Assembly (NCBI RefSeq): GCF_004210375.1
Contig: NC_134831.1
Span: forward strand, 98,825,522-98,889,521
DNA from: Tachypleus tridentatus
Taxonomy: Eukaryota
Length of the DNA stretch: 64,000 bases
Reading direction: 5' to 3'
The notes under the pieces are model-generated. The model worked only from the letters and a program-made list of their open reading frames with translations. It did not search any database and was not told the DNA's origin. The position numbers and the translations under genes are program-made. Shown here piece after piece: positions 24,258 to 37,457 of the stretch; the stretch's first letter is position 1; every line of letters begins with the position of its first letter.

Positions 24258-25345
24258 CTATTAAATCTTGGGTTTTACAAGCTGATATACTGGTATATAT
24301 ACACTTTATAAAGCCCACGACCGTGGTAGAATATTATTAAATCTTGTGTTTTACAAGCTGATATACTGGTATATATACACTTTATAAAGCCCACGACCGT
24401 GGTAGAATATTATTAAATCTTGTGTTTTACAAGCTGATATACTGGTATATATACACTTTATAAAGCCCACGACCGTGGTAGAATATTATTAAATCTTGTG
24501 TTTTACAAGCTGATATACTGGTATATATACACTTTATAAAGCCCACGACCGTGGTAGAATATTATTACAATCTTGGGTTTTACAAGCTGATATACTGGTA
24601 TATATACACTTTATAAAGCACACGACCGTGGTAGAATATTATTAAATCTTGTGTTTTACAAGCTGATATACTGGTATATATACACTTTATAAAGCCCACG
24701 ACCGTGGTAGAATATTATTACAATCTTGGGTTTTACAAGCTGATATACTGGTATATATACACTTTATAAAGCCCACGACCGTGGTAGAATATTATTACAA
24801 TCTTGGGTTTTACAAGCTGATATACTGGTATATATACACTTTATAAAGCCCACGACCGTGGTAGAATATTATTACAATCTTGGGTTTTACAAGCTGATAT
24901 ACTGGTATATATACACTTTATAAAGCCCACGACCGTGGTAGAATATTATTACAATCTCGGGTTTTACAAGCTGATATACTGGTATATATACACTTTATAA
25001 AGCCCACGACCGTGGTAGAATATTATTACAATCTCGGGTTTTACAAGCTGATATACTGGTATATATACACTTTATAAAGCCCACGACCGTGGTAGAATAT
25101 TATTACAATCTCGGGTTTTACAAGCTGATATACTGGTATATATACACTTTATAAAGCCCACGACCGTGGTAGAATATTATTACAATCTCGGTTTTACAAG
25201 CTGATATACTGGTATATATACACTTTATAAAGCCCACGACCGTGGTAGAATATTATTACAATCTCGGGTTTTACAAGATGATATACTGGTATATATACAC
25301 TTTATAAAGCCCACGACCGTGGTAGAATATTATTACAATCTCGAT
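24258..25345. repeat. 77 to 79-bp satellite, about 14 copies, with block-wise variants
   Basis: The unit is (attaaatcttgtg | attacaatcttggg | attacaatctcggg)ttttacaagctgatatactggtatatatacactttataaagcccacgaccgtggtagaatatt. The three variants occur in consecutive blocks along the array. Confidence 0.9.
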
Positions 25346-25564
25346 AAATTACGTTTCTACAAAGAATTGCTTCCAATGTACATATTTCTCTATTTTAATT
25401 AAGAATATATCAAGCAAAGCCTCACTCTTCAAGTTTATTCAGATATTTTTTATATATTATCCCAGTCGATCATTGGTCAAGATATGATGTACAATATATT
25501 CATATTTAATAGTTTTCTGACACTAAATTATAATTCGTTTAAACATAAAATATTCGCTCACTTT

Positions 25565-25972
25565 ACCCCAGTGGCGCAGCTGTATATCTGCGGATTACAT
25601 CGCTAGAAACCTGGTTTTTAAAACCCGTGGTGGGTAGAGAACACAGATAGCCCACCGTGAAGCTTTTGTTCTAAACCCGTGGTGGGTAGAACACAGATAG
25701 CCCACCGTGAAGCTTTTGTTCTAAACCCGTGGTGGGTAGAACACAGATAGCCCACCGTGGAGCTTTTGTTCTAAACCCGTGGTGGGTAGAACACAGATAG
25801 CCCACCGTGGAGCTTTTGTTCTAAACCCGTGGTGGGTAGAACACAGATAGCCCACCGTGTAGCTTTTGTTCTAAATCCGTGGTGGGTAGAACACAGATAG
25901 CCCGCCGTGTAGCTTTTGTTCTAAACCCGTGGTGGGTAGAACACAGATAGCCCGCCGTGTAGCTTTTGTTCG
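25565..25972 (+). repeat. SINE family B head followed by a 7-copy 50-bp tandem array of its tail module
   Basis: 25565-25625 reads ccccagtggcgcagctgtatatctgcggattacatcgctagaaacctggttttta (B-type head). The 50-bp unit aaacccgtggtgggtagaacacagatagcccaccgtgaagcttttgttct then recurs at 25621, 25673, 25723, 25773, 25823, 25873 and 25923. Confidence 0.8.
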
Positions 25973-27784
25973 TAACTTCAAACATAAGATCTTCCGTAAA
26001 ATTTAAGTTATGAACAGCATTCATATAGCATGCAACTTATACTGTATATCTAACTGTGGCCGGTAATAGGATCGAGTCTCTGAAACTTGCCAGAATAAGA
26101 TGTTGTTTATAGAAGATTTCTAGAAACTCGCTTATTCGATGTGTTGTTGGTTAGTGGTCATCGATTAGTGGTAAAAAACCCAACAATTTCATGTTGTTCA
26201 TTCTTATGGTGCTTTCCCTCATGTGACGGAATATCACTAAATCTTGAAGCTGGACATTGTTACACCGTAATTATATGAACAGTAAAATCAATAACATAGT
26301 TCATACGTTAGATTATTTTACGACCACATGTCCCCTTCAATTTTCCTTCTGCTTTTAACTTCGATCTGCAATAACATTTAACTAGAAAACCGAAGTTATA
26401 TTTTATTAAACATCTTTACGTATGTAATATTGTTAGTTATTTTGGTAAAACGAAATAAGAGAATGTTGGTTGTTTTGGAGCTTTTTAAAACAAAATCGAA
26501 ACTAAAGTTGTTACTGCTGTCGTGTGGGTAATTCCTGGTATCAATATGTTCATAATACTTTAAATCCTCGTGTTATAAGGTTACCAGTCGTGACCTGTAA
26601 GCTGATAACATACATACGAATCGTAAAACGAGACTATGGTATCAGTTCCCTTAAGACGTTGGTAGTAAACAACTTAAAGTCGGCCAGTCTTTGAAGTACG
26701 AATTGTCCGTTGTTTTGGATCTGATAAGCATTGTTTTCGCTAACAGCACACTGATGTACTTGTTAATGTAGAGATGCATCGTGAAACTTGCATTTGTGGA
26801 GCCATTTGAAACAATGTCTATAGATATCGTGCTGTGAATTAAAAAACAGTTTAGTCAAACAATTGCACGAGCATGCATTGCCTCCCCCTCGCGGTGGGCG
26901 GGCAACCCTTCCATTTTCATAAGACCCGCATCTGGCACATCATGGGAAACGTTTGCCTATTGTTTACCTTAAACCTGATAAACTGGTTCGAGTATGCTTA
27001 ACTCGTACTTAATTTGATTATTAACTTAGTCCGTTGAAAATAGGGTTAGTTTGTATCGTGCAAAATGTACCCATCACCGAGAGTTCCGGGCTCTGAACTA
27101 AAGAACTAAAGTTTATTCTTAGAGAGGGAAAAAAAAGAACAAGAAAAACAAACGTCGTGTCTGTAGTATACTTTCAGCTATGTTTAAGTAATTGGGCCTA
27201 ACGAAGGTTGAACTTTATGATCACGATTAGAGTAAGTAAATTAAATTATAGAACTAGCCAATCTTTGGCCTACTTTACGAAAGTTTTTAAATACAGAAAA
27301 TGTGTTTAGTGGTCTATATAGGTCGCTATCCTTTAGTTAAAAAGTGTTCGACGTTTACTAGTTGGTATCTAAAATGATTAGAAACACGAAAGCAAGTGAA
27401 CTTCTGCCTTGTTATAACAGAATAGCCCGAATCAAGGCACACAAACGTATAGAACCAGTTGATAAACTTTTAAACTGGTTGTTCAAGGAAGAAATAATTT
27501 CATGAAGAGATTTGTTGAATACAAATGTGGTATTAAATTAGGCTATTTGTTTGTTTGTTTTATTGCTAAAAATGGAGAAACTGAAGGCGATAACCTAGTA
27601 TACAATAGTCTTGTATTCTATATTCAGTTGTTTGTAGCCCCTAAACAACAGTCTGTAATGGGCCCTGACTTACAATCTACAGCATGACCAATTTTCCATG
27701 TTCTAAGCAGTATGTTTATAGAGCAGTAACGAACTCTAAAATAGTCCATCCATATCCTATAGTGGCAGTGTCCTGCACGCTCGC

Positions 27785-28195
27785 AACTATACAATAAACC
27801 TACTGAACAGCACAGAAATAATACAATAACGAACTGCATAACAGACCACTAGTTTTGAACTAAATAGAGATCGAGGTAACGCCCTCGACTGTACAATAAA
27901 CCTACTGAACAGCACAGAAATAATACAATAACGAACTGCATAACAGACCACTACGTTTTGAACTAAATAGAGATCGAGGTAACGCCCTCGACTGTACAAT
28001 AAACCTACTGAACAGCACAGAAATAATACAATAACGAACTGCATAACAGACCACTACGTTTTGAACTAAATAGAGATCGAGGTAACGCCCTCGACTGTAC
28101 AATAAACCTACTGAACAGCACAGAAATAATACAATAACGAACTGCATAACAGACCACTACGTTTTGAACTAAATAGAGAGCGAGGTAACCAAGTG
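27785..28195. repeat. 103-bp tandem repeat, about 4 copies
   Basis: ctgtacaataaacctactgaacagcacagaaataatacaataacgaactgcataacagaccactacgttttgaactaaatagagatcgaggtaacgccctcga recurs at 27889, 27992 and 28095. The short ORFs at 27624-28147 are repeat artefacts. Confidence 0.9.
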
Positions 28196-30230
28196 GGCAG
28201 TAGACTCCGTTTATGATCTAATGACGAAACTACAAGGAGTTTAAACACACTCAAATTAGTTGAACGATTTACATGTGTAAGTTCAGAGAGATGTTACCAC
28301 AGATATGTGGCAATACAGGCGACATAACTTGAACCTAATGTATATTTGATTCACGGCGAATTTCGAGCACTAAAGGATCTGTAGAATGGCCGTCAAGATA
28401 TTTGATTTAAGACTGACCTTGCAAATAGAAATAGCGGTATTTGGAAATATGGGTACTAATCGTGACTACCAGAAGACAACCGTGAAACGCTGTTTATTAT
28501 TTTATAAAATTAAACACCTAGTTAAATTGTAACATTTTTAACGAATTAATCAACGTGATAAGTGGCTGTTAATAAACAAAACGCATAACAATGTGTTAGT
28601 TGACCAAGTTGTCTTACTTGAGCTTTATGACTTGGCCTGTTTATTGCAGCTGGAATAAACAGAAATTAGTTTATAACTAACTTATCAGAATTACACATTC
28701 GAGTAATATATTCCCATCTTCATGATGAAAAATCAATTTCGGTTCAAAGGAAGACTAAAGGCAGTTCAACATAGTTTTTATTTTACTGTCGCAAGATTAG
28801 GTTACAAATATACACCGGTGAAGAGAGAAGACTATAAATGTCAAGGTATAACAATGTCCTGGATAGGATACTTGTCCGGTAAGACAACGGTATCTAATAA
28901 GCGCATGTGTATCGCGTCCATGAAGTCTCAATGCTAAACTTACAAAAGATGGAAGACGGTGGTAAAATTAAAGCAATTCTACTGTTAGACTTGTGGAGCC
29001 ACGTGATTCGTGAAGCGTACATTATCGTCCGAGCGGACTTCCCAATGAGCAGATCGATGTGTAGGTTTTCACTTTTTGAAGAATGATTCGTACGTTTACT
29101 TTTTAACATCGCTACCACGCGCATAAATTTATTGGGTACGATTTGTGCCATAAAGGCAAGGTGGCGCTAGTGTTCTTGTGTCACGAAACACGCCACCATT
29201 GTATGCAGTTTGATAATGTACAAGAAACGTTACGACAATTGTCTACATTTATATATTTCGCAAAGTCTGGTAAACACGAGCCCAATGAACTTTTAGTAAC
29301 TGTCCTTAACCACGTGAAAGGACTTCTCGTTCCAGAGTGATTTATATTGTTCTTTAAATCTAGGTTAAACAATTCATACTGACTTAACACTGTGTCGAAT
29401 TCTGTGATTTAAGTGACAACCGACTCGGTTCTGTGGGTTTCATCGACATGATCGTCATTTTAATCCACCGTGTCAGTATCTCTGGTCAGGGGTGACCCCA
29501 GCCTTTCCCAGCGAGGGGACTGTACATCTTGTGGACACACTCACCCACACTGTAGCACTTGGGAAGTCAACCAAGTGCACGTGTAGTAACTACTGCTCAT
29601 TAAGTGCGGAGACTATACGGGAGGTTAAGGCACATGTTTGGGTAGATTCAATCTTATTAACCAACTTTCCTGTCTGTGAAGTTGTCAGGTACTTGTACTG
29701 TTCCGACATGGAATAAAAGTAAATAAGGAACATGGCGGTTGACCAGTAGTCCAGTGTTGGACTTGACACCGAAGTAAACGTTTACTGTTTGTGTATCACT
29801 ATTGGACTTATACTTTCTGTGCTACAGTACGTGTGTACGTGATATTCACTAATACGGTGTTGGACGTGTACTATAGTGCACTTTGTTTGACGCCGCTGCC
29901 TTCGGTTTTATCTGTCCAGATATTTGTTTACAATAAACTTAGCTTTCTTTTGTTATATTCAATCATCTTCTAACAGCTCTTAACAAAACGTAAGGTCTAA
30001 AGTCTATACATTTATACCACTGTGAACTTTGTTCTGTTCCAGTGTGATAATGGATTTGATTGGCAGGTAAAGTATGGTGGGAAACGATTACCCTAATGAA
30101 AGAACATCGTATTGAAACTGAAATACAAGTATTGTCTTAACGATATGTGCTGTTTCGTTCGGTTCTTTCTGACACCTGGAACAAATTCTAGGAACTTAAA
30201 ACTTTAGAAGTTTAGAAAATTTATTACATA

Positions 30231-31851
30231 CAGTTACGTCAGAAAGTGTTCGTACCCCTGCGTCGTGAGTAGTTTTTTTCCTCATAACTTAAAGTATCAC
30301 GATTAGGATAATGTAAATATAGTGTATTATAAATATTACACTAACACACATCTACATAAATTTTTATCTAAATTGAACGTAATAAACTGTTTATAAACAA
30401 ATAACCAAACATAGGAGGGGCAGAAAGTGTTCGTGCGTCTACTTTAATGGTCAGTTGTGTAGCCTTTCAGGTGAATTACTTGGCACAATCTCTCCTCATA
30501 GTCCTCCATGATCGTTTGACAGTACTCGACTGGTATTTTCTTCCATTCTTCTTTACAGAAGGCCTCCAACTCTTGCAAGTTTTTCAGATGATGCTGATGA
30601 ACCTTGGTCTTCAACTCATGCCAAACGTTTTCAATTGGGTTGAAATCGGGTGACTGCGATGGCCATTCCAGAACGTTTATATGGTTCCTCTGCAACCATG
30701 ATTGCACATATTTTGATGTGTGCTTAGTCATTGTCGTGCTGGAAGATCTAACGACGCCCAAGCCACAAGTTCCGAGCATCATTCTTAATATAAGTGCCTA
30801 ATATATCAACTTACTCTTCTTTTTTCATGATTCTGTTGACACGGTGAAGGCTGCCTACACTAGAAGAGCTGAAGGAACCCCATAGCATGATCGAGACGCC
30901 TCCGTGTTTAGCTTTAGGGATGGTGTTCTTTGGAAGATTTCGTTCTCCCTTCTTAAGGAAAATATAGCGAACATCATTGTGGCCGAAAAGCTCGATTTTA
31001 GTTTCGTCTGACCAACAAATACTCTTCCAATAGGTAAAGGGTTTATCTACATGCTTTCTTGCATACCTCAATCGTGCTTCTAAATGAACAGGCTTTAAAT
31101 ATGGAGTTCTACGAGGACAGCATGTTTTGAACCCAGAAGAGCGTAACATGTTCATAACTGTAAAGGTGCTTATTTCAACCCCAGTTTCCCTTACCAGTTT
31201 CTGTGTGTCATTACGTGTTAAACGAGGGTTCTTACTAACTTCTCTGAGAACCTACCTCTCGGTTCTCTCTGGAATTTTGGTGGGGCATCCAAAACAAGGG
31301 AGGTTAGCAGTTGATCCTGTAAGCTTAAACTTGGCAATTATGCTTTAAACAGTAGATTTTGGCACATTAAGTTGGGTAGCAATACCAGAAAGAGACACAC
31401 GAGACTTGTATTTTACAATTATTCGTTTTTTTTAAATCACTGGACAGTTGTTTCCTGTTCGCCATGTGACCAAGCAGATAATGACGGAGACGGCGCTAAA
31501 TTGCCGGAAGTACATTTTTTGCTGGCTAAATTCCAATAATTATGAACCCAGTGTCTAGTTCTGGAATGGTATAATGTAGTTTGTTTGCCAAACTAAACAA
31601 AGTGTTTACGGGAATATCAGTGTTTTCACACGTTCTGAACTGTACGAACACTTTCTGCTTCTCCTGTTTTTTGGTTGTTTGTTTATAAACAGTTTATTTA
31701 TCGTTTAATTTACATAAAATCTATGTAGATGTGTGTTAGTATAATATTTTATAATGTATTATAAGTCTATTAGCTTGATCGTGATACTTTTTAAGTTGTG
31801 AGCAAAAAACTACTCGGGACGCAGGGGTACGAACACTTTCTGTCGTAACTG
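30231..31851 (-). mobile_element. Tc1-like DNA transposon, IR/DR type (~1.62 kb) with ~200-bp terminal inverted repeats and TA target-site duplications; non-autonomous or degraded
   Basis: The left end reads ta|cagttacgtcagaaagtgttcgtacccctgcgtcgtgagtagttttttt. The right end reads aaaaaactactcgggacgcaggggtacgaacactttctgtcgtaactg|ta. A second inner copy of the gaaagtgttcgt(a/g)c motif sits ~180 bp inside each end (30421-30439 and 31652-31670), and the subterminal 30292-30420 mirrors 31690-31800. This two-sites-per-inverted-repeat layout is the architecture of the Sleeping Beauty/Tc3 type elements. Confidence 0.9.
30444..31465 (-). pseudogene. Tc1-family transposase, disrupted (in-frame stop, frameshift, DDE motif altered)
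   Basis: The minus-strand reading MANRKQLSSDLKKRIIVKYKSRVSLSGIATQLNVPKSTV then hits a stop. It resumes as ...LRSSGFKTCCPRRTPYLKPVHLEARLRYARKHVDKPFTYWKSICWSDETKIELFGHNDVRYIFLKKGERNLPKNTIPKAKHGGVSIMLWGSFSS...VNRIMKKEE then stops, then frameshifts into ...SSSTTMTKHTSKYVQSWLQRNHINVLEWPSQSPDFNPIENVWHELK... These are classic Tc1 motifs, but the FQQDNDPKHTS box reads SSTTMTKHTS. Confidence 0.85.
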
Positions 31852-31902
31852 TATGTCAACCCCATCGTATCTGTTAACTCTGTTATATTCAACTTTGTGA
31901 GC

Positions 31903-32078
31903 TCGGCATTGCCAGGTGGTTATGGGGCTCGACTCGTAATCCGAGGGTCACGGGTTCGAATCCCCGTCATACCAAACATGCTCGCCCTTTCAGCCGTGGG
32001 GACGTTATAATGTAATGGTCAACCTCACTATTCGTTGGTAAGAGTAGCCCAAGAGTTGGCGGTGGGTGGTGATGGCTA
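31903..32078 (+). mobile_element. SINE family A copy, 3 prime truncated
   Basis: gctcggcattgccaggtggttatggggctcgactcgtaatccgagggtcacgggttcgaatccccgtcataccaaacatgctcgccctttcagccgtgggg...ggtgggtggtgatggctat, then unrelated sequence follows. Confidence 0.8.
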
Positions 32079-32584
32079 TATGGGAGCTTAATGCACATGT
32101 TTGGGTAGATTCATTACAAAAGTGTGCGAAAACCCACTTGACAGGAGTAGCAGCGCTCACAATGTACGTTTTATCTCTCTTGTAAACTTGTATTTTTATA
32201 AATATTATTAATATCACGCTATCTGGTTTTAATATACACACAGTATGGTCTGGCAACATGCTTTATGAAAACTTGAGAAATAGTATTGTAAGTTTTCCTA
32301 TATATTTATCGTTATCAAGACGTTTCAGATAAAACGATTAATATTTATAACATTAATATATAAATTAATATTTATTTTAATCTTGAAAGAAATAGGCTTA
32401 TCTTCCAAAAATTATGAAGTTGTTTGGTAAATTGTATGACAAACCTGAAGATCTGAGTGTACCTTAGTGGGACAGCGGTAAGTCTTCTGAGTTACAAATG
32501 CTAAAACCAGCGGTTTTGTTCTCCTTAGTGGACACAGCTGATGTCACTTCGTGACATCAAAATCTAAAACAATCAATTAATTTA

Positions 32585-32665
32585 GCCGGTCTTCCGGTGG
32601 GACATTAGTACTTTTAAATATTTACTACTCAAGAATTCAGGGCTCGATTCCCCGCAGTGCACATA
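32585..32665 (+). mobile_element. SINE family B fragment
   Basis: ccggtgggacattagtac...cagggctcgattccccgcagtgcacatacccataggtc contains the GGCTCGATTCCCCGC T-loop-like box shared with the 54575 and 2398 copies. Confidence 0.4.
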
Positions 32666-34170
32666 CCCATAGGTCTTAAAACAAAGCAAACAAATCAGTT
32701 AGCCAATAACTTTTAATAACCAAAAGCTTGGATACTAGAATAAATTTATTTGTAATTACGAAGATGGTTCTCGTAAATAAATTAATAAATGTTTGAAATT
32801 ATTAGCAAATTAAGAACAAAAATAAAAACTTGCGATAATTCTTGTATTATGTTAAAACTGCTTTTTCTCCAGTCAACAGAAAACGTTGAGCTAACTACAT
32901 TACTGCTAAGAAGGCATTTAGTGATAATTTATTATCGTAACAATCAATATTAAATACTAGCGAAAATACCTGGCTTCGCTCGGGTTATTAGGTTGATTTA
33001 TTATAGATTGTCATTCTGTGTATTCTAACGTATATACTTTGTCGTTTTGCACGGGATGTGACATATTTAATAAAGGTAAATTTCCTCTGGCTGTTCTCCG
33101 ATTTTAAACTTATAATTTTGAAATTTTGTTAGAGGTTTTATTTATCATCATTTAAGTTTTATCGGTTTATATATTTCACTATGTTTACAGCGCACTCTTG
33201 ACAGCAGTATCAGGTTTATACTTTTATTGCTAAGAAACGATAAAAAGCCATTGTTGGAACGTATTATCAAAACGCACTAGCTTTTCTATATATTAGAAGT
33301 TGTATAAATAATCACTGTGTTTTCACTAGTTTGCTTCATTAAAAAGTTGAGCACGCACGTGCGTGTATCTGCCGGTCTACCTGCTGCTCTGTAAGTAGTA
33401 GGATAATTAAGTGAATATTAGGTTCGAGACGTCATTACATGTAAAATTTACTCAACGTTAAGACTAACGAAATATGGAGATTTAAATTGAGTGTTAAAGT
33501 AAGTTTTTGTATTAAATATATATTAAACTTCTCAATTATAGTAACAATGTTTTCATGATGTCACAATTGTTTCGTATACTTTTAGTATTGCATAAGTTGA
33601 AAACTACTCCCTTCTAATTGGCAGGAAGCCAAACGACTTAAATGACGTAATAAGTTGCTATGACATCAGTGCGTGGTCGAGAGACAGATACTGTGTTTTT
33701 ATACTGTTAGATTTAACTGAAAAAATCGAACGACTTGCAATTTTTGATTTCTCAGTTATAAGAGCACCGACTTTTGTTTCTTACAATTCCACTCCCCGGA
33801 GTATTTCTTTTTTCATTTAAATATTTAATATTATTTCTACAGATATATGGTTATGTAGAGTGCGTTCGTGTTGGTCTCCAAAATATTGAACAACGTTAAT
33901 GATAGAAACAAGCTTTAAACGATGCAACAGAGGGAGGAATTTTAATGAAATTATGACGTTTTAAGACGTCAAATGTTATGGCTGATTACAACAAAACTAA
34001 CGAATTATAATTCATCGTTATCTGAATTACATTTAATCAGAGTAAGCTTATCACAATTATAAAAGCACATCCTTCTTTATGGCCAACAACCTGATATACC
34101 AGTTCTCATTTCGAGTTATGAACTGGAGAAAGCAACATGGGGGTGGATGCTATGATAAATAACATAAAAG

Positions 34171-34445
34171 GCCCGGTATGGCCAGGTGGTTAAGGCGCTC
34201 AACTCGTAATATGAGGGTCGCGGGCTGGAATCACAGCCACACCAAAAATGCTCGCCTTTTCAACTGTGGAGGAATTATAATGTGACTGTCAATCCCACTA
34301 TTTCTTGGTAAGAGTAGCCCAAAAGTTGGCGGTTTGTGGTGCTGACTAGCTACCTTCCCTCTAGTTTGACATTGCTGAATTAGAGAATGCCTACGAAGAT
34401 AGCTCTTGTGTAGCTCTTTATGCGAAATTTAAAAACAAAACAAGA
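34171..34445 (+). mobile_element. SINE family A copy
   Basis: gcccggtatggccaggtggttaaggcgctcaactcgtaatatgagggtcgcgggctggaatc ... gaagatagctcttgtgtagctctttatgcgaaatttaaaaacaaaaca. Confidence 0.85.
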
Positions 34446-36377
34446 CAAAAGCCCTAACTTTCATACAATTTATATTTATAACGTAACATATTACAGTATT
34501 AATTATTACTTCACCAAGAGTTGCGTAAGGTTTAAGAACTCGGTATATTTGAAACATGGTCAGGGTGACTTTGTAGGATGTGTCAGAGGACAATATAGTG
34601 ACAGTAGGGGTGCTTTCTGTTACCCACTTTCAACACCCATCTTTCTCCACAGTGTTTCACGTGACTAATTCACAATTGTTAGCTGCAGAAGTGTCTTACG
34701 GGCTTAAGGTCATGGGTCAAAGTAAGAGGTGGGTAAAACAACAGAAAAGGACTTCATATCAACCCTATGATAGCTTTTGGGTAGAAACTTCTAAGTTTAT
34801 GTATTACTGCAATAGTGGCGGCCATTGCTTTAACTGCATTCCTCCATATAGGGATAAACAAGGGGTCGTGTGTGCACATTGAACAGTCCACATAAGTGGT
34901 TGCAAAAATCATCCCCCCTCATCGGGTGTAATAAATCTTCGCCTCTGCGTATAAGGTATGTGCAATCAAAATTAAATGTATCAGCTGCTATGTGTTCTGC
35001 TTCTAGTATTCGTCCTTAATCGAAAGGAGAGAAACGGAAAACAAATTCAACAACCATTAAGACTTGTAAACATCTGATATTGTCGTTCATGGCTACTACG
35101 GAGACTTCAAAATTTTCAACAAACTAGCAGAAAAATAAAACGTAAATAGTTTATTATAGTGCTGAAATATTTTATGAAACTTAACGACTATTTTGGGCTG
35201 GGCGTGGGTAAGTTGTTAGCGTGCCCGGATTGTGAATCTAAGGATTTATGGTGCGTGACCCATTTCCGTTAAAACTAGTTCCACACTTTAGAGTGCTGTG
35301 GACACGTTTTAAGATGAACGGTCAAATTCCACCATTCAAACTGGCAATAGTAGAACAATAAATAATTGGTTAGTTGCTTTCGTTCTAGTCTGTCGACAGC
35401 TGTTCATGATAGCTGTATGTAGTCTTACATGGAGTTCTGAAACAGACTATAATAAACCTCTCTGAAACTGGATATATAAAGACGTTTTGTATTAATTAAC
35501 CAATAAATAAATATCTTCTTGTTACTAGAGTTAAATTATCGCGGATGAAAGTTTATTTGCATGTACCAGTTGCTTTCTGCGCGTAACTACTGCGTAATTA
35601 TCGACAGGAAACTGAACCATGTCACATTGAGTAAACACTGTTATTTGTGCCAGTGGAAAGTGACATCACAAAATTCCATTTCTGTTTTCCCAAAATATTT
35701 ACCAGGTATTTTTTGTCTCATTATATAAAAGACTTTATTTTTACTGTAGCTTTTTCAAGAAGTCTTAAATGTACTGTATTACAAACGTAAAAAATCAAAG
35801 TAAATCATGAAAAGCAACAAAGCAGAAGAAACTTTTAATTATCTTAATTCTAGAATTGTCTGCGTGCGGTTTGATTTTTAAACATTTTATAGACCAAATT
35901 TCTTGTTGGTCTATATTTTGTTCGTTGTAAGACTTCTAGTAGCATACAAGTAAAAAAAAAAAAAAAAATAAACATTTACACTATTGCTATTAGTTCTACT
36001 AATTACTGCTAGGGTTTCCAGTTTTCTCTGTTCTCGCACAAAAGCAGGGAATTACTGAAGATGATACAGTATCTGAAACCCACCAGTATCAAAACAAATC
36101 CAATTTAAGGGTTCATTATTTGACTTTTTCTCTAAAGGAGTCCGTAAGTTTATTAATAATAAATCTACTAAATGGATAAATAATCGTAAGTCGAGATGTG
36201 ATATTTTGAAGTTAATCGTAAGTTGTAAATTTAGAAAAGGTGAAATGCACTTGCTTTAACATTTCGCTAATGTGAACGTAAAGCTATGACTCATGTTGAA
36301 AATATTGAATTTCAGAGGATAAACATTATAATGTATCACATCAAGAAACCACATCCTATTTGCTGTTACTTTATAAA

Positions 36378-36632
36378 CAGCCATGTGGTTAAAGTGCTCG
36401 ACTCGCAATCTGAGGATCGCGAGTTCGAATTCCTGTCCTACCAAACATGTTTGCACTTTCAGCCGTGGTGGCGTTATAATGTCAGTCAATCCCAGTGTTC
36501 GTTGGTGAGAGTAGTTCAAGAGTTAGTGGCGGGTGGTGATGATTAGCTGCCTTCCCTCTAATTTATCAATACTAAATCAGGGCCGAGAAACGCTGACCTC
36601 TCGTGTAGCTTTGCGCAAAATTTAAACCACGT
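36378..36632 (+). mobile_element. SINE family A copy (diverged)
   Basis: cagccatgtggttaaagtgctcgactcgcaatctgaggatcgcgagttcgaattcc ... ctctcgtgtagctttgcgcaaaatttaaacc. Confidence 0.8.
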
Positions 36633-36796
36633 CAAACCTTCATGAGCGATAACAGAAACTAGAAATATTTTATGTCTTGAATGTCGCACATAGCTCTACT
36701 AGAGCTGTCTGCACATAGCTCTACTAGAGCTGTCTGCACAAGCCACTTAGCAGTGAATGAATAGAGGAAGTTCTTGGACTACTCTTTTACTAACAA

Positions 36797-36918
36797 ATGG
36801 TGTGATCGGCTGCAACATTCTAACGCCATAACGGCTGAAAGGACGAGTATGTTCATTAAAGGGCATTCAAACTCGCGACTCCCAGCTTGCGAGTCGAGTG
36901 TTCTACCCACCGGATGGC
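36797..36918 (-). mobile_element. SINE family A partial copy (head half only)
   Basis: Reverse complement of the head: ccataacggctgaaaggacgagtatgttc ... ttcaaactcgcgactcccagcttgcgagtcgagtgttctacccaccggatggct. Confidence 0.7.
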
Positions 36919-37457
36919 TAAAATATTAGCTTTTTTTAGTGTTTTGAATTATCACTTTTTATTTGTAATTTTAATACGCTAACCGGCGCGATTTCTGTAT
37001 TACAAGTCTGACTTTTGTGATATATAATGACAAGTGAAGTTGAACCTTACAATAAATATATTTTACAGGTAATAAATTTTATAGTTGTCTAAAACTTAAC
37101 TAACTATAAAATTTATCTGTAAAGTTCTAGACACGTATAGCGGAAATTGAAATGATACTGAAAAAGTTATTTTTTTTGTAAAAAGCAATTTCAAGCTACA
37201 AAATTAAGAGATTATTTTACTTCATATTTATAGTTACAGGTGGCGTTGGATCAAACTTAGAGAATTTATAGTTCTACTGAAGATATACCAACTAAAACTG
37301 ACACAAATTTAACGGTGCGTTCTTGAATATCCTAACTGAAATAGACATTTCGTGATATGTTCATTTGAAAAAAAGTTCCAGACAGGCACAAAAGTTCGTT
37401 TTTAGGTAGTTCTGAATTAATCATTACTTAATACAAGCTGTAATTACACGGTATTTT

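Noticed and set aside
27624-28147. Three overlapping minus-strand ORFs (71 to 85 aa) with identical N-termini (MQFVIVLFLCCSVGLLYS...)
   Set aside because: They arise from the 103-bp tandem repeat at 27785-28195. The identical peptides are a repeat artefact.
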